From Armatimonadota bacterium (GTDB taxonomy: Bacteria > Armatimonadota > SYMT01): a stretch of 64,000 nucleotides of DNA. Numbering within the stretch: position 1 is the stretch's first letter; every line of letters begins with the position of its first letter. Location of the stretch: assembly GCA_046292385.1 (NCBI GenBank), contig JBKBRF010000039.1, forward strand, positions 1 through 64,000, written 5' to 3'. Shown piece after piece: positions 40,144-50,264 of the stretch. The position numbers and the translations under genes were made by a program. The notes below the pieces were generated by a model, which had not been told where the DNA came from, did no database searches, and saw only the letters and a list, made by a program, of their open reading frames with translations.

Positions 40144-40655
40144 TGGGGGAGTGGGAGAGTGGTTCTAAAGGCTAAAGGCAGAAGGCTAAAGGCTAAAGGC
40201 AGAAGGCTAAAGGCTAAAGCCGAACCCTCAGCACACGGGAGATCCTGCTCCTACTCTGGCTCCTGCTCTCTGGCGACCGGGTGTTTCCGGCACGTCTTCG
40301 TAGGGATGAGCGATGAGGGATGAAGCGGGCTTTTCCGGAACTGAGTGGGCGCACGGGAGAGTGGGGGAGTGGGAGAGCCGCTCCCTCGCGGCGGTTAGCA
40401 GGTTCCAGGTTTGCAGGTTCCAGGTTCCGAACCCCACCCATCGGGGAGCTAAACCTGCGACGTGCCAACTTGCTAACCTGCAACTGACCTCTCCCGCTCG
40501 CCCTTGCCACCTCCACCCCGCATCGACTTCACCCCGCAAGACGGGCCGATCCCTGCTTTCACCAGGGGTGATCACTTCCTGGATGCACCACTAAACTCAA
40601 GCTATCGGGCACGGGTTCGGAACTTGCAACCTGCAACCTGCAAACCTGTAACCTA
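40144..40655. repeat. Cluster of short tandem repeats (AAAGGCT, GGGATGA, AGGTT(C/G)CA / TGCAACC, GGGAGAGT)
   Basis: Several arrays directly visible, for example 40166-40219, 40399-40433 and 40614-40653. Confidence 0.85.
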
Positions 40656-40838
40656 TGCGGCATCCACTCCAGCGCGTTGCAAGTTGCGGCAAACGGGAAG
40701 CGCCCGTCCGCTCCTTCGTCGAGCGGGCGGGGGCTTCCCGTTTGAGCGGTGCCGGCGCCGGGTATGACCCGCTGAACTCCGGCGGGCGCCGCGGCAGGCG
40801 GGACGCGGTCTGCGCCCCGGAGCAAGCGGGTTAGCTCC

Positions 40839-42095
40839 GTGCGGCTGGTGGCGAGACCGATTCCCTGGGCACGCTGGATCTTCTACGGCGTGCTCGCCCT
40901 GGTTGCGCTCTGGCTCGCGTGGGCCGCGCGCGCCATCTGGTTCCCGGTTGGGGTGGCGCTGGCGATCGCGATGGTGCTCGACCCGACGGTCGACCGCCTG
41001 GAGAACCGCGGGGCGCCGCGGGGGCTGGCGACTACCATCGTCTTCCTCTTCTTCATCGCCGGCGCGGTGGTGACGATCCTGGTCCTCTCACCGGCGGTCA
41101 GCCAGCAGGCGGGGGAGATCGCGGAGCGTTTGGGCCAGGCGTTTCCAAACCCGGAGAAGCCGGACCTGGTGCCGGCGACCCGCAGCCTCGCCTACCGCCT
41201 GGATGCTCACCCCGTGCTGCGGGACGCGCTGATCGATACGGCGCGAGCGGTGACGGTTCGCGTATCCGGGCTGCTGGAGCGCAGCTCGGAGTGGTTCCTG
41301 CTCTGGGCGCCGAACCTGATGTGGTTCCTGGTGGTGCCGGTGCTGGCGTTCTACATCTTGAACGACTTCCACCGCATCTACGCCAAGGGCATGCTGGTGA
41401 TCCCGCCGCGGCACCGCTCCTTCGCCCAGACCGTCGTCGCGGAGGTGACGGCGGTGCTGGGGAGCTATCTGCGCGGCCTCGCGCTGGTCTGCGCTCTGCT
41501 GGGCGTAGCGGTGGCGATCATGCTCTATGCGCTCGGCAACCCGTACTGGGGCCTGATGGGCCTCGTGGCGGGCCTGCTCTATGCGATCCCGGTCATCGGC
41601 TCGATCGTGACACTGGCGCTGATCGTCGCCTCCACCCTGATGAACGGCAGTCCCACGCAGGCGGCGATCGCGGGCGGACTCTTCGTGGTGCTCTACCTGG
41701 GGGTCTTCGACCAGGTCGTAACGCCAAAGGTACTGGGCAAGCAGGTGGGCCTGCACCCGACGCTCACGATCATTGCCTTCCTGATCGGTTACGAGGTCTG
41801 GGGCATCACCGGCATGCTCGTGGCGGTGCCGCTGGCCGCGAGCGCGCAGCGGGTGGTGGTCCACCTCGTCCCCAAGCTCCGCTCCGAGCTGGAGCTTCGG
41901 CCTCTGGAAGAGCTGCAGCGCGCGGAGGACGAAACGCGCGAGGAGCACCTCCGCGCGGAAGACGAGGTGCAGGACGACCACTACTACCTGCACTCGGTCG
42001 TGGAGAACGTGGAAGGCGAGACCGATGGCGCCGAGACACGGAGCGAATCCCCGTCCAGCGGCGAGGCGACCCAGCCCCAGCGCCACGCGGCTTGA
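40839..42095 (+). CDS. AI-2E (PerM/UPF0118) family transporter
   Basis: LDP.V..LE, FYIL.D, YLRG, IPVIG, PKVLG..VGLHP, G..GML.AVP. Confidence 0.92.
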   Translation: MRLVARPIPWARWIFYGVLALVALWLAWAARAIWFPVGVALAIAMVLDPTVDRLENRGAPRGLATTIVFLFFIAGAVVTILVLSPAVSQQAGEIAERLGQAFPNPEKPDLVPATRSLAYRLDAHPVLRDALIDTARAVTVRVSGLLERSSEWFLLWAPNLMWFLVVPVLAFYILNDFHRIYAKGMLVIPPRHRSFAQTVVAEVTAVLGSYLRGLALVCALLGVAVAIMLYALGNPYWGLMGLVAGLLYAIPVIGSIVTLALIVASTLMNGSPTQAAIAGGLFVVLYLGVFDQVVTPKVLGKQVGLHPTLTIIAFLIGYEVWGITGMLVAVPLAASAQRVVVHLVPKLRSELELRPLEELQRAEDETREEHLRAEDEVQDDHYYLHSVVENVEGETDGAETRSESPSSGEATQPQRHAA

Positions 42096-42183
42096 CGTGG
42101 ATGCAGAGGCACGCTATCCCCACACGGGGTTTGGCGGGGGTCGAGATCCCATCGGCCGAGGTAGGTTCCGGCCTTACGAAATA

Positions 42184-42454
42184 GTCATTCGGAGCCTCTG
42201 GCACGGCCGAGGGCCGACCACCGCCCGAAGAAACGGGATGGTCGCCCCACCGATCACCGTCCTCCCCTGCGATCAAGGCACCTTTCACCGAATTTGTCAT
42301 TCTGAACGCAGTGAAGAATCTCGGCAGCCGTGTTGGTCCGGAGTACGCACCGGGGTGACGAGGCATCAGCCTGTCGAGGCGCTCCCGAACGAAGGGGCTC
42401 ATCGTTCCCCCGGAGAACCGAGTTACGTAGATCCTTCACTGCGTTCAGGATGAC
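42184..42454 (-). repeat. Composite palindromic repeat, copy C (inverted)
   Basis: Its reverse complement matches 13786-14055, including the AAATTCGGTGAAAGG tail unit. Confidence 0.9.
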
Positions 42455-42571
42455 TGGGGCGGGAGGGCGAGAACGGCCGCATTCCTATCACCGGTGCTAT
42501 CTGGACGTTCGCGGCTGAAGTCGCTGCGGCAGACGCATACGATGCGGCCGGCTGCAAACACGGGATGCCAG

Positions 42572-42964
42572 TTACCGCCAGCCCCGCTCCCGCTGCTCCT
42601 CGACGGCCCTACTGATGCACTCCGTGAAGTGGTCGCACACACGCAGAGGACCGGGCTCGCCTTCGACGTAGTGGTAAACGGGCGGGTCGTCGCCTTCCGA
42701 GGCGCGAATGAAGTCGAATTCCCAGCCGCCGTGCATGGCGAAGACCACGGCATCTTCCGGCAGGGTCCAGCCGTGCCGCTCCGCCAGGAGGGCGGCGTCC
42801 TCGCGCACGTCGATCTCGGTCGGGTATAGGAACGTGTCCCCGAGGTAGAGCGGACCCGCCGCCTTGCCCATCACGGCGAGAAAGCCGCGGTAGGCAGGGG
42901 GGAGCCGGAGGCCCAGCACCGCCTCGACCCGGGCAATCTCCTCCGCCGAGCAGCCGGCTACCAC
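42572..42964 (-). CDS. SMI1/KNR4 (SUKH) family immunity protein
   Basis: GCSAEEIARVE..LG..LP..Y..FL..MG and DDPPVY..FTE. The 5' end is uncertain. Confidence 0.8.
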   Translation of the reverse strand: MVAGCSAEEIARVEAVLGLRLPPAYRGFLAVMGKAAGPLYLGDTFLYPTEIDVREDAALLAERHGWTLPEDAVVFAMHGGWEFDFIRASEGDDPPVYHYVEGEPGPLRVCDHFTECISRAVEEQRERGWR

Positions 42965-43069
42965 GTGGGGATGCGGTGCACGCCGGTCTTCCAGGCGGGT
43001 CTTCAGGTCGCGCCAGAACCACTCCTCCTCCGGGACCGCGTACCGCCGACCGCGGCGCTCGGTCCCTCT

Positions 43070-44083
43070 TCAGGTCGCAAACATCAGCCGAAGGTACTCA
43101 ACCGTCTTCCGGTGCTGCTCCCACTCGTACTCGGCGAGCTCTTCCGGCGACTCTCGCTCGAAGGGGGTGCGCCAGTCTTCGTCCATCGGGCGCAGGTGGT
43201 TCCAGACGATCTGCAGCGGGCGCATCGCCTGCCTGGCGTCGCGGCCGCCGAGGTGGTCCCACCAGCCCGGCTCGAAGATCGGGATCAGGCGGGCGTTGAG
43301 CGCCGCCATCTCGATGTTGCGGGTGATCGGCCAGGCCTGCGCGTCGAACAGCTCGAAGAGCGCGGGGAACGGGATCACCCCCTCGCCCATGGCGCAGCGG
43401 ACCAGGCGGTAGCCGTTCGGGGCGTGGTGGATCCGGTAGTCCTTCAGGTGCGCGTGGCGCAGGTAGGGGGCAAGCCGGCGGGCGAACTCGAGCGGCTCTT
43501 CCATCACCGAGAGCGGGTTGCCGGTATCGAGGGTCACCCCCAGGTACTCGCTCTCGAAGAGCTGGCAGAGCGCAAGGAGGTCGGCCGAGTCGGCGTCCTG
43601 GTGGTTCTCCACCGCGATGGCGATCCCCAGCCGCTCCGCCTCCGGCAGCACGCGTCCCAGGTCCCGGGCGCACCGCTCCATGTAGGCGCTCCACCCGCCT
43701 TCCACCGCGCGCCGGTCCCCGCAGAGGACGCGGCTGAGCATGCACCGGAGCGTCGGCGCGCCCAGCTCCGCGGCGATCCGCAGCTCAGTCAGGAGGTCGC
43801 CGTCCGGAACGCAGCCGCCCGCCACGACGAACCGGATGCCTCGCTCCTCCGCGTACCCCCGCAGCGCGTGCAGCGCCGGGGCGGAGGTGTCTCCCAGCAG
43901 ACGCGGCGGCAGCTCCACCCAGGAGAGCCGGTCCTCGGCGGCGCGGTCGATCACTTCGCGCGCCGTCAGCGGCCGGCAGTTGGCGCGCGGCGTCTCCGCC
44001 CAGGCGAGCCCACAGGCGTAGGTGAGCCCGTAAACGCAAAGCCCAACCGGCAGACGGTCCGAAGGATGGGAGGGGAGTGCCAT
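43070..44083 (-). CDS. Sugar-phosphate isomerase/epimerase (xylose isomerase-like TIM barrel)
   Basis: IAVENHQD, LDTGN, HAHLKD, GEGVI. Confidence 0.88.
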   Translation of the reverse strand: MALPSHPSDRLPVGLCVYGLTYACGLAWAETPRANCRPLTAREVIDRAAEDRLSWVELPPRLLGDTSAPALHALRGYAEERGIRFVVAGGCVPDGDLLTELRIAAELGAPTLRCMLSRVLCGDRRAVEGGWSAYMERCARDLGRVLPEAERLGIAIAVENHQDADSADLLALCQLFESEYLGVTLDTGNPLSVMEEPLEFARRLAPYLRHAHLKDYRIHHAPNGYRLVRCAMGEGVIPFPALFELFDAQAWPITRNIEMAALNARLIPIFEPGWWDHLGGRDARQAMRPLQIVWNHLRPMDEDWRTPFERESPEELAEYEWEQHRKTVEYLRLMFAT

Positions 44084-44369
44084 GTCTTGAGGGATGAGGG
44101 ATGAGGGATGAGGGATGAATCCAGACCAGCCGTGAGCGGGAGGTCGTGCTCCTGCTCTTACTCTTGCTCCTGCTCGCTGGCGACCTCCGGCTCTCCGGCG
44201 GGTTCTCGGAAGTTCGCCCCAGGCCGACCGAAAGCGGTGCGGAGAAAACTCCGCGGGTTGGTTCCGCCGGGGGCCAACCCCCGGCGATCCATGAGTACCC
44301 GGCGTATGAGTGACACAGCACCCGCACGGCGAATCCGCGAGCACAGACCTACACGCTACCCCCTAAACG

Positions 44370-44660
44370 CTACCCCCTATCCAGGCTGTCCCGCAGGATC
44401 TCCTCTACCTCCGCGATGCGGGACGCGGCGACGTCCGGGTTGCCGAGGACGCGGGGAGAGGTGAGGCGGGCGCCGCAGTCCGGGCAGGTGACGCCGCCGG
44501 CGACCGACTGCGTAAGGGCGGAGTGGACCTGCAGATCGCAGTCGTTGCAGGGGACCCACGCCACCTGCTTCACGTAGATGCTGCCGGGCGGCACCACGTC
44601 TTCGTCTACCGGCTCCGGGTCGTGTCCCCAGCGGGTCTGACGCGTGTATTCGTTGCGCAT
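44370..44660 (-). CDS. Small Zn-ribbon protein (CxxC...CxxC), paralog 1
   Basis: PPGSIYVKQVAWVPCNDC..VH..TQ..G.TCPDCG..L. Confidence 0.7.
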   Translation of the reverse strand: MRNEYTRQTRWGHDPEPVDEDVVPPGSIYVKQVAWVPCNDCDLQVHSALTQSVAGGVTCPDCGARLTSPRVLGNPDVAASRIAEVEEILRDSLDRG

Positions 44661-44781
44661 CTTCTTATCTGTTTCAGGTTGCCAGGTTGCGAGTTGATGC
44701 GGGTCCGGGCAGGCGGAGGCGGCCCGTCGCAGCACTCCATCTCCAGAGCTTTAGCCTTTAGCCTTCTGCCTTTAACCTGCG

Positions 44782-45054
44782 CTAGAGCTGTTCGGAGAGC
44801 TCGTCTTCCTCGCGGAGCACGCGGCGGGTCCACTCCTCCGGCTCTTCCGGCGGGGGAAGCAGCGACTCGCCGCAGCGGGGGCAGACGATTCCCTGGTAGA
44901 TGAACTGGGTCACCGGTACGTGGACCTGAATCCCGCAGGCGTCGCACGGGGCCCACGTCATCTGCTTGACGAACGGGGAGTTCGGCGGGTAGTCGTCCGG
45001 ATCGATCCGCTCCGGATCGGCTGCCCACGCGGTAAGGAGCTCTTCGTCTTCCAT
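44782..45054 (-). CDS. Small Zn-ribbon protein (CxxC...CxxC), paralog 2
   Basis: PPNSPFVKQMTWAPCDAC..VH..TQ..G.VCPRCG..L. Confidence 0.75.
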   Translation of the reverse strand: MEDEELLTAWAADPERIDPDDYPPNSPFVKQMTWAPCDACGIQVHVPVTQFIYQGIVCPRCGESLLPPPEEPEEWTRRVLREEDELSEQL

Positions 45055-45498
45055 CGTCAACTACACTTCCGCCGGTTTCGGCACTGGAGCCTGCCGGGCA
45101 GTTCTGCTGAGGGGCGTGTTGGAGGCATGGTATCGCGTTCCAGTCCGCGCCGCGCCGCGAGCGAGCGCGGCATCGTCCGGCAAAGAAGGACGCGCCGCTC
45201 GACTTTCCCCGCCAACCCTGCCTAAAATAGGGCCGGGCGGGAATTCCAATCTGCTGAAAGATCATGGTAGGCCCGCAGGCTGGGTGAGCAGGCGCCCGGC
45301 GCGCGATATAAGTGAACGATGCGTGTCCGGACAGGCGGAGTCCCCGCCGTTGCTGCCCGGCTCCACTGCCTTCGAGATGCGGGATCTGTCTCCGCTGTGT
45401 CCCATCCCTCCCCGGTGCCGACACTAATCAGGAGGGGTTCCGGTTCGCGAGAGGCGCGGACCTGCGCCCGCGCCGTTCTTTGCAGGAGATGAAGTGCT

Positions 45499-47385
45499 AT
45501 GACCGACCTCTCGGTCGTGACTGACGGCATCCGTGAACAGGAGCTCCTGGAGGAGCTCGAGTCAGTCGCAATTCGCTTCGCCGGCGACTCCGGCGACGGG
45601 ATGCAGCTTACCGGCACCCAGTTCACCAATACTTCCGCCGTGCTCGGCAACGACGTGAGCACGCTTCCGGACTTCCCCGCCGAGATCCGCGCCCCCGCCG
45701 GCACGCTGGCCGGCGTCTCCGGCTTCCAGGTGAATATCGCCAGCAGCGACATTCACACCCCGGGCGACTCCCCCCAGGTGCTGGTGGCGATGAACCCCGC
45801 CGCGCTGAAGGCGAACCTGGCCGACGTGGAGCCGGGCGGCACCATCATCGTGAACAAAGACGAGTTCACCAGCGGCAACCTGAAGAAGGCCGGCTACGCC
45901 GTGAGCCCGCTGGAAGACGAGAGCCTGAAGGGCTTCCGCGTCATCGAGGTGCCGCTCACCACGATGAACCGCAACGCGCTGGACGGCATCGAGGGCCTCG
46001 GCAACAAAGAGAAGGACCGCTGCAAGAACTTCTTCGCGCTCGGTCTCACCTTCTGGATGTACGACCGCAGCCTGGAGACCACCCTCCAGTGGATCACCGA
46101 TAAGTTCGGCCGCAAGCCGGAGGTGGCCGAGGCGAATACGCGGGCGTTGAAGGCGGGGTACAACTACGGCGAGACGACCGAGGTCTTCCGCACCCGCTAC
46201 CGCATCGCCAAGTTCGACAGCCCGCCCGGCATCTACCGCAAGATCACCGGCAACGAGGCGGCAGCGCTCGGCTTCGTCACCGCCGCGCACCAGGCCGGAA
46301 TGCCGCTCTTCTACGGCAGCTACCCGATCACGCCGGCTTCGGACATCCTGCACCAGTTGGCGGCGATGAAGAACTACGACGTCCGCACCTTCCAGGCGGA
46401 AGACGAGATCGCGGCGATCGGCGCCACGCTCGGCGCGGCGTTCGGCGGGGCGTTCGCGCTCACCGGCACCAGCGGCCCCGGCATCTGTCTCAAGAGCGAG
46501 GCGATGAACCTGGCGGTGGTGATGGAGCTGCCGCTGGTGATCGCCGACGTGCAGCGCGGCGGCCCGAGTACCGGCTTGCCGACCAAGACGGAGCAGTCCG
46601 ACCTCCTGCAGGTGCTCTTCGGCCGCAACGGCGAGAGCCCGATGCCGGTGGTGGCGCCGTGCTCGCCTTCCGACTGTTTCACCATGGCGATCGAGGCGTT
46701 CCGGCTGGCGACCCGCGCGATGACGCCGCTGGTCTACCTCTCGGACGGCTACCTGGCGAACAGCTCCGAGCCGTGGCGCATCCCGGACCCGGCCGACCTG
46801 CCGGCGATCGAGGTGGAGCACCGCACGGATGCGGAGCATTTCGCGCCGTACCTGCGCGACGAGGTGACGCTCGGCCGGCCGTGGGCGCTGCCGGGCACGC
46901 CGGGCCTGGAGCACCGCATCGGCGGCCTGGAGAAGCGGGACGTGACCGGCAACGTGTCGTACACCCCGTTCGACCACGACCACATGGTGCGGCTCCGCGC
47001 GGAGAAGGTCCAGCGGCTGCAGAACGCCATCCCGGACCAGCCGGTCTTCGGCCCGGAAGAAGGCGATCTGCTGGTGCTGGGCTGGGGGAGCACCTACGGC
47101 GCCCTGCGCTCGGCGGTCGCCGCCGCGCACCAGAAGGGCTACGCGGTGGCTCACGCCCACGTGCGCTACCTGAACCCGTTCCCGCGCAACCTCGCCACGC
47201 TGCTTACCCGTTACCAGAAGGTACTGGTGGCGGAGCTGAACCTGGGCCAGCTCGCCCTGTTGATCAACGGCCGCTTCGGCATGAAGTGCGAGCAGCTCAA
47301 TAAGGTCGAGGGCCAGCCGTTCAAGATCAGCGAAGTGCTCCGCAAGATCGAGGAGCTGCTTCCCGGCGGCCCGTCCGCGCAGTAA
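45499..47385 (+). CDS. korA: 2-oxoacid:ferredoxin oxidoreductase alpha subunit
   Basis: [45 protein letters not shown]. Confidence 0.93.
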   Translation: MTDLSVVTDGIREQELLEELESVAIRFAGDSGDGMQLTGTQFTNTSAVLGNDVSTLPDFPAEIRAPAGTLAGVSGFQVNIASSDIHTPGDSPQVLVAMNPAALKANLADVEPGGTIIVNKDEFTSGNLKKAGYAVSPLEDESLKGFRVIEVPLTTMNRNALDGIEGLGNKEKDRCKNFFALGLTFWMYDRSLETTLQWITDKFGRKPEVAEANTRALKAGYNYGETTEVFRTRYRIAKFDSPPGIYRKITGNEAAALGFVTAAHQAGMPLFYGSYPITPASDILHQLAAMKNYDVRTFQAEDEIAAIGATLGAAFGGAFALTGTSGPGICLKSEAMNLAVVMELPLVIADVQRGGPSTGLPTKTEQSDLLQVLFGRNGESPMPVVAPCSPSDCFTMAIEAFRLATRAMTPLVYLSDGYLANSSEPWRIPDPADLPAIEVEHRTDAEHFAPYLRDEVTLGRPWALPGTPGLEHRIGGLEKRDVTGNVSYTPFDHDHMVRLRAEKVQRLQNAIPDQPVFGPEEGDLLVLGWGSTYGALRSAVAAAHQKGYAVAHAHVRYLNPFPRNLATLLTRYQKVLVAELNLGQLALLINGRFGMKCEQLNKVEGQPFKISEVLRKIEELLPGGPSAQ

Positions 47386-47428
47386 GGTGTCGGGGGAGCG
47401 GCGCTCCCCCACCTGTTGGAGAGTATTG

Positions 47429-48517
47429 ATGAGCGAACAGGCAACCCCCGCGCCGAAGCTGACGCGGAAGGACTTTACCTCGGACCAGGAAGTGCGCTGG
47501 TGCCCGGGATGCGGGGACTACTCGATCCTGGCGGGCATGCAGCGGTTCCTGCCGGAGCTGGGCATCCCGCGGGAGAAGATCGTCTTCATCTCCGGCATCG
47601 GCTGCTCGAGCCGCTTCCCGTACTACATGAACACGTACGGGATGCACACCATCCACGGCCGCGCCCCCACGCTGGCGACCGGCCTCAACCTGACCAACCC
47701 GGAGCTGCAGATCTGGGTGGTGACGGGCGACGGCGACGGCCTCTCCATCGGCGGCAACCACCTGGTGCACTGCCTCCGCCGCAACGTGAACCTGAACATC
47801 CTGCTGTTCAACAACCGGATCTACGGGCTCACCAAGGGGCAGTACTCGCCGACCTCCCTGCCGGGCCACAAGACCAAGTCGTCCCCCATGGGCTCGGTGG
47901 AGCAGTCGTTCAACCCGATCAGCATGGCGCTCGGCGCGGAAGGCACCTTCATCGCGCGGACGGTCGACATCTTCGCCAAGCACATGCAGGAGACGCTGAA
48001 GGCGGCCGCGGAGCACCGGGGCACCTCGTTCGTCGAGATCTACCAGAACTGCATCATCTTCAACCACCAGGCGTGGGAGCACGTGACCGACGGTGAGAAC
48101 CGCGACGAGAACGTGCTCTACCTGGAGCATGGCAAGCCGATGGTGTTCGGGAAGAACCGCGACCGGGGCATCCGCCTGAACGGCCTCACGCCGGAGGTGG
48201 TCCAGCTCGGCGACGGTATCACCGAGGACGACCTGCTGGTGCACGACGCCCACTCCGACGACCCGACCCTGGCGTGGATGCTGAGCCGGATGGGCCCGCC
48301 GCACTTCCCGGTGCCGGTCGGCATCTTCCGGAGCGTGCAGAAGCCGACCTTCGCCGACCTGGTGCTGGCGCAGAACGCCGCCGCCCGGGAGAAGCGGGGG
48401 CCGGGCGACCTGCTGAAGACCTTTATGGACGCCGACACCTGGGAAGTGAAGGCGGAGGAGCCCGCAGCGGTGCCGGTGGGCGCCAACGGCGCCTCCCGGA
48501 ACGGCAGCTCGCACTGA
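47429..48517 (+). CDS. korB: 2-oxoacid:ferredoxin oxidoreductase beta subunit
   Basis: WCPGCGD, SGIGCSSR, HGR, GDGD..IGGNH, NN.IYGLTKGQ.SPT. Confidence 0.93.
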   Translation: MSEQATPAPKLTRKDFTSDQEVRWCPGCGDYSILAGMQRFLPELGIPREKIVFISGIGCSSRFPYYMNTYGMHTIHGRAPTLATGLNLTNPELQIWVVTGDGDGLSIGGNHLVHCLRRNVNLNILLFNNRIYGLTKGQYSPTSLPGHKTKSSPMGSVEQSFNPISMALGAEGTFIARTVDIFAKHMQETLKAAAEHRGTSFVEIYQNCIIFNHQAWEHVTDGENRDENVLYLEHGKPMVFGKNRDRGIRLNGLTPEVVQLGDGITEDDLLVHDAHSDDPTLAWMLSRMGPPHFPVPVGIFRSVQKPTFADLVLAQNAAAREKRGPGDLLKTFMDADTWEVKAEEPAAVPVGANGASRNGSSH

Positions 48518-48613
48518 TCGATCGGCAGCCCGGGAGCTCTCGCGCGCCCGCGCGGGGGTTCCCGGGCTTTGCCGCACCTCTTTCCTCCTCTCCTCGGTCC
48601 GGGAGACTCCCCC

Positions 48614-49012
48614 ATGCCTCTTTGCAAGACCAAGGGCCAGATCGAAGCCGAGATCAGCGACGCGATGGTGAAGCTCCAGCGGGAGCGCACCGGCCGCGGC
48701 CCCACCCAGGCGCACACCTACGTCATCCACGACATGGTGATCGTGCGGATGCAGGAAGTGCTCACCCCCGCGGAGCGCCAGCTCATCGGCAACCCTCACG
48801 GCCAGAGCCTGATCAAGCAGTTCCACCAGCAGATGCACGAGATCGCGCGCCGGGACCTGGAGGCGATCATCGTGGCGCACACCGGCTGCCGCGTGAACAG
48901 CATCCACAACGACGTGAGCACCAAGACGGGGGAGCAGATCTCGATTTTCGTGCTGGATCAGGATCTGGAGGCGTTGATTCCGCGGCGGCATGAGCATGCC
49001 GCCCGGCGGTAG
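48614..49012 (+). CDS. DUF2294 family protein
   Basis: TKGQIEAEIS..GRGP..LTPAE..DVSTKTGE. Confidence 0.88.
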   Translation: MPLCKTKGQIEAEISDAMVKLQRERTGRGPTQAHTYVIHDMVIVRMQEVLTPAERQLIGNPHGQSLIKQFHQQMHEIARRDLEAIIVAHTGCRVNSIHNDVSTKTGEQISIFVLDQDLEALIPRRHEHAARR

Positions 49013-49429
49013 TCCCTGAGCTTGAGCTGGCTCGCCGTGCGTAGTGTGGCGCGAGGTGGATGCGCGCCTTCCCAGTAGGTTCTGCCGCTCGGCGGCAAGC
49101 AGCGTCGATCTCGTGTGTCCGCCCCCGCGCCCTAGTCGGCCGATTCAGCCCTCCCGCGACGTGTGCCCTCCGCGGCCTTTTCACGCCCTTCGGGCTAGCA
49201 GGCCGCTGCAGGAGTGCGCTTCGGTTCGCTCTTCCCGCGCCATTGCGTTCTACTGCCACATTGGCCGGGTTCACGGGCTGAATCGGCCGCCGTCGAGCGA
49301 CTGCCCCCGGCGCCCGGGGGCAGTCACAATTGCCGTCCTCCGGTGCAGCCTGCGGCTGCCCCTCCGGACGCCTCAGGAAGGGCGCACCATCGGCGTTTAG
49401 CAGAACCACACGCGAAGGAAGTTGGTCCT

Positions 49430-50074
49430 GTGGCGGAACTCTTCAAGACCATCGGCTCCACCGTGCTTCGGGTGCGGTGCGACGACCATCTCTTGCGGCA
49501 GGCACAGGGCGTTCTGGACTCGGCCGCGACGTTTGCGCATACGGAGAACGGTCTTTCTCCTGGTGTCACGATCCAGTTCGGGTGGTCGTTGTTGATGCTG
49601 TGGCCCGACGGAGACCTGCTTGCGATCTGCGAGCCGGATTTCGATGGCGATGCGCTGCGTGCGTTTCGGGATGACGTGAGCTGTACTCTGGAGGTCGTCA
49701 CTCTCCAGACCCAATTCCTCCGGCAGCTTGGGATTGAGGCGGGGTCGCTGCGCTTCGATGAAAAGGTTGTATTCAAGCGAGGCGCCTTGTCAGAGTGTCG
49801 GATCTATGCCGAGAGACAAGCCTCGGCTCCCGGGGATTCCGGCTGGTACGTCGGGCCGGCCGATGACACCACTCCTCCGACTACCGAGGCCCTGACAGCG
49901 TGCCGCGTCTACGAGTTGCTCCGGCTCCGCCCCTCACTGCTTCCGGCTCTGGCGCTCCCGGAAGGCTTTCTGGTGGTGTTCAACGGTGATGCGGTGGAAG
50001 CCGTTCTCGATCCTGGAAATGAGAACCGTTGGCCGGGAGACGCCGGAATGTGGCAGAGCGCCCCCTTTTCCTGA
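49430..50074 (+). CDS. Imm33/DUF2185-like immunity protein
   Basis: TIQFGW..EPDF, GDSGWY, LALPEGF; lower GC and atypical codon usage. Confidence 0.65.
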   Translation: MAELFKTIGSTVLRVRCDDHLLRQAQGVLDSAATFAHTENGLSPGVTIQFGWSLLMLWPDGDLLAICEPDFDGDALRAFRDDVSCTLEVVTLQTQFLRQLGIEAGSLRFDEKVVFKRGALSECRIYAERQASAPGDSGWYVGPADDTTPPTTEALTACRVYELLRLRPSLLPALALPEGFLVVFNGDAVEAVLDPGNENRWPGDAGMWQSAPFS

Positions 50075-50264
50075 AGCACCCGGCCCGGAATGGGGTCAAA
50101 TAGGACGCTCAACGGGTCGCAGTGCTCGCGGCATCGCCGACCCTTACATGGTCATCCAAACGACCGACCAGGCCCTATCGAGTCCCCGAAGGGGGACTTT
50201 GTGCCGTTGTTGCTGCGGTTTCAACCGCCCGGCCGTGAATCAAGATCCTCAAGGAGTACCCCGC

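Noticed and set aside
42965..43072. TGA read-through fusing the epimerase to the in-frame SMI1 gene
   Set aside because: In-frame by a one-in-three chance. There is no Cys-equivalent context or SECIS-like hairpin, and the domains are unrelated. A lost or non-canonical SMI1 start is more likely.
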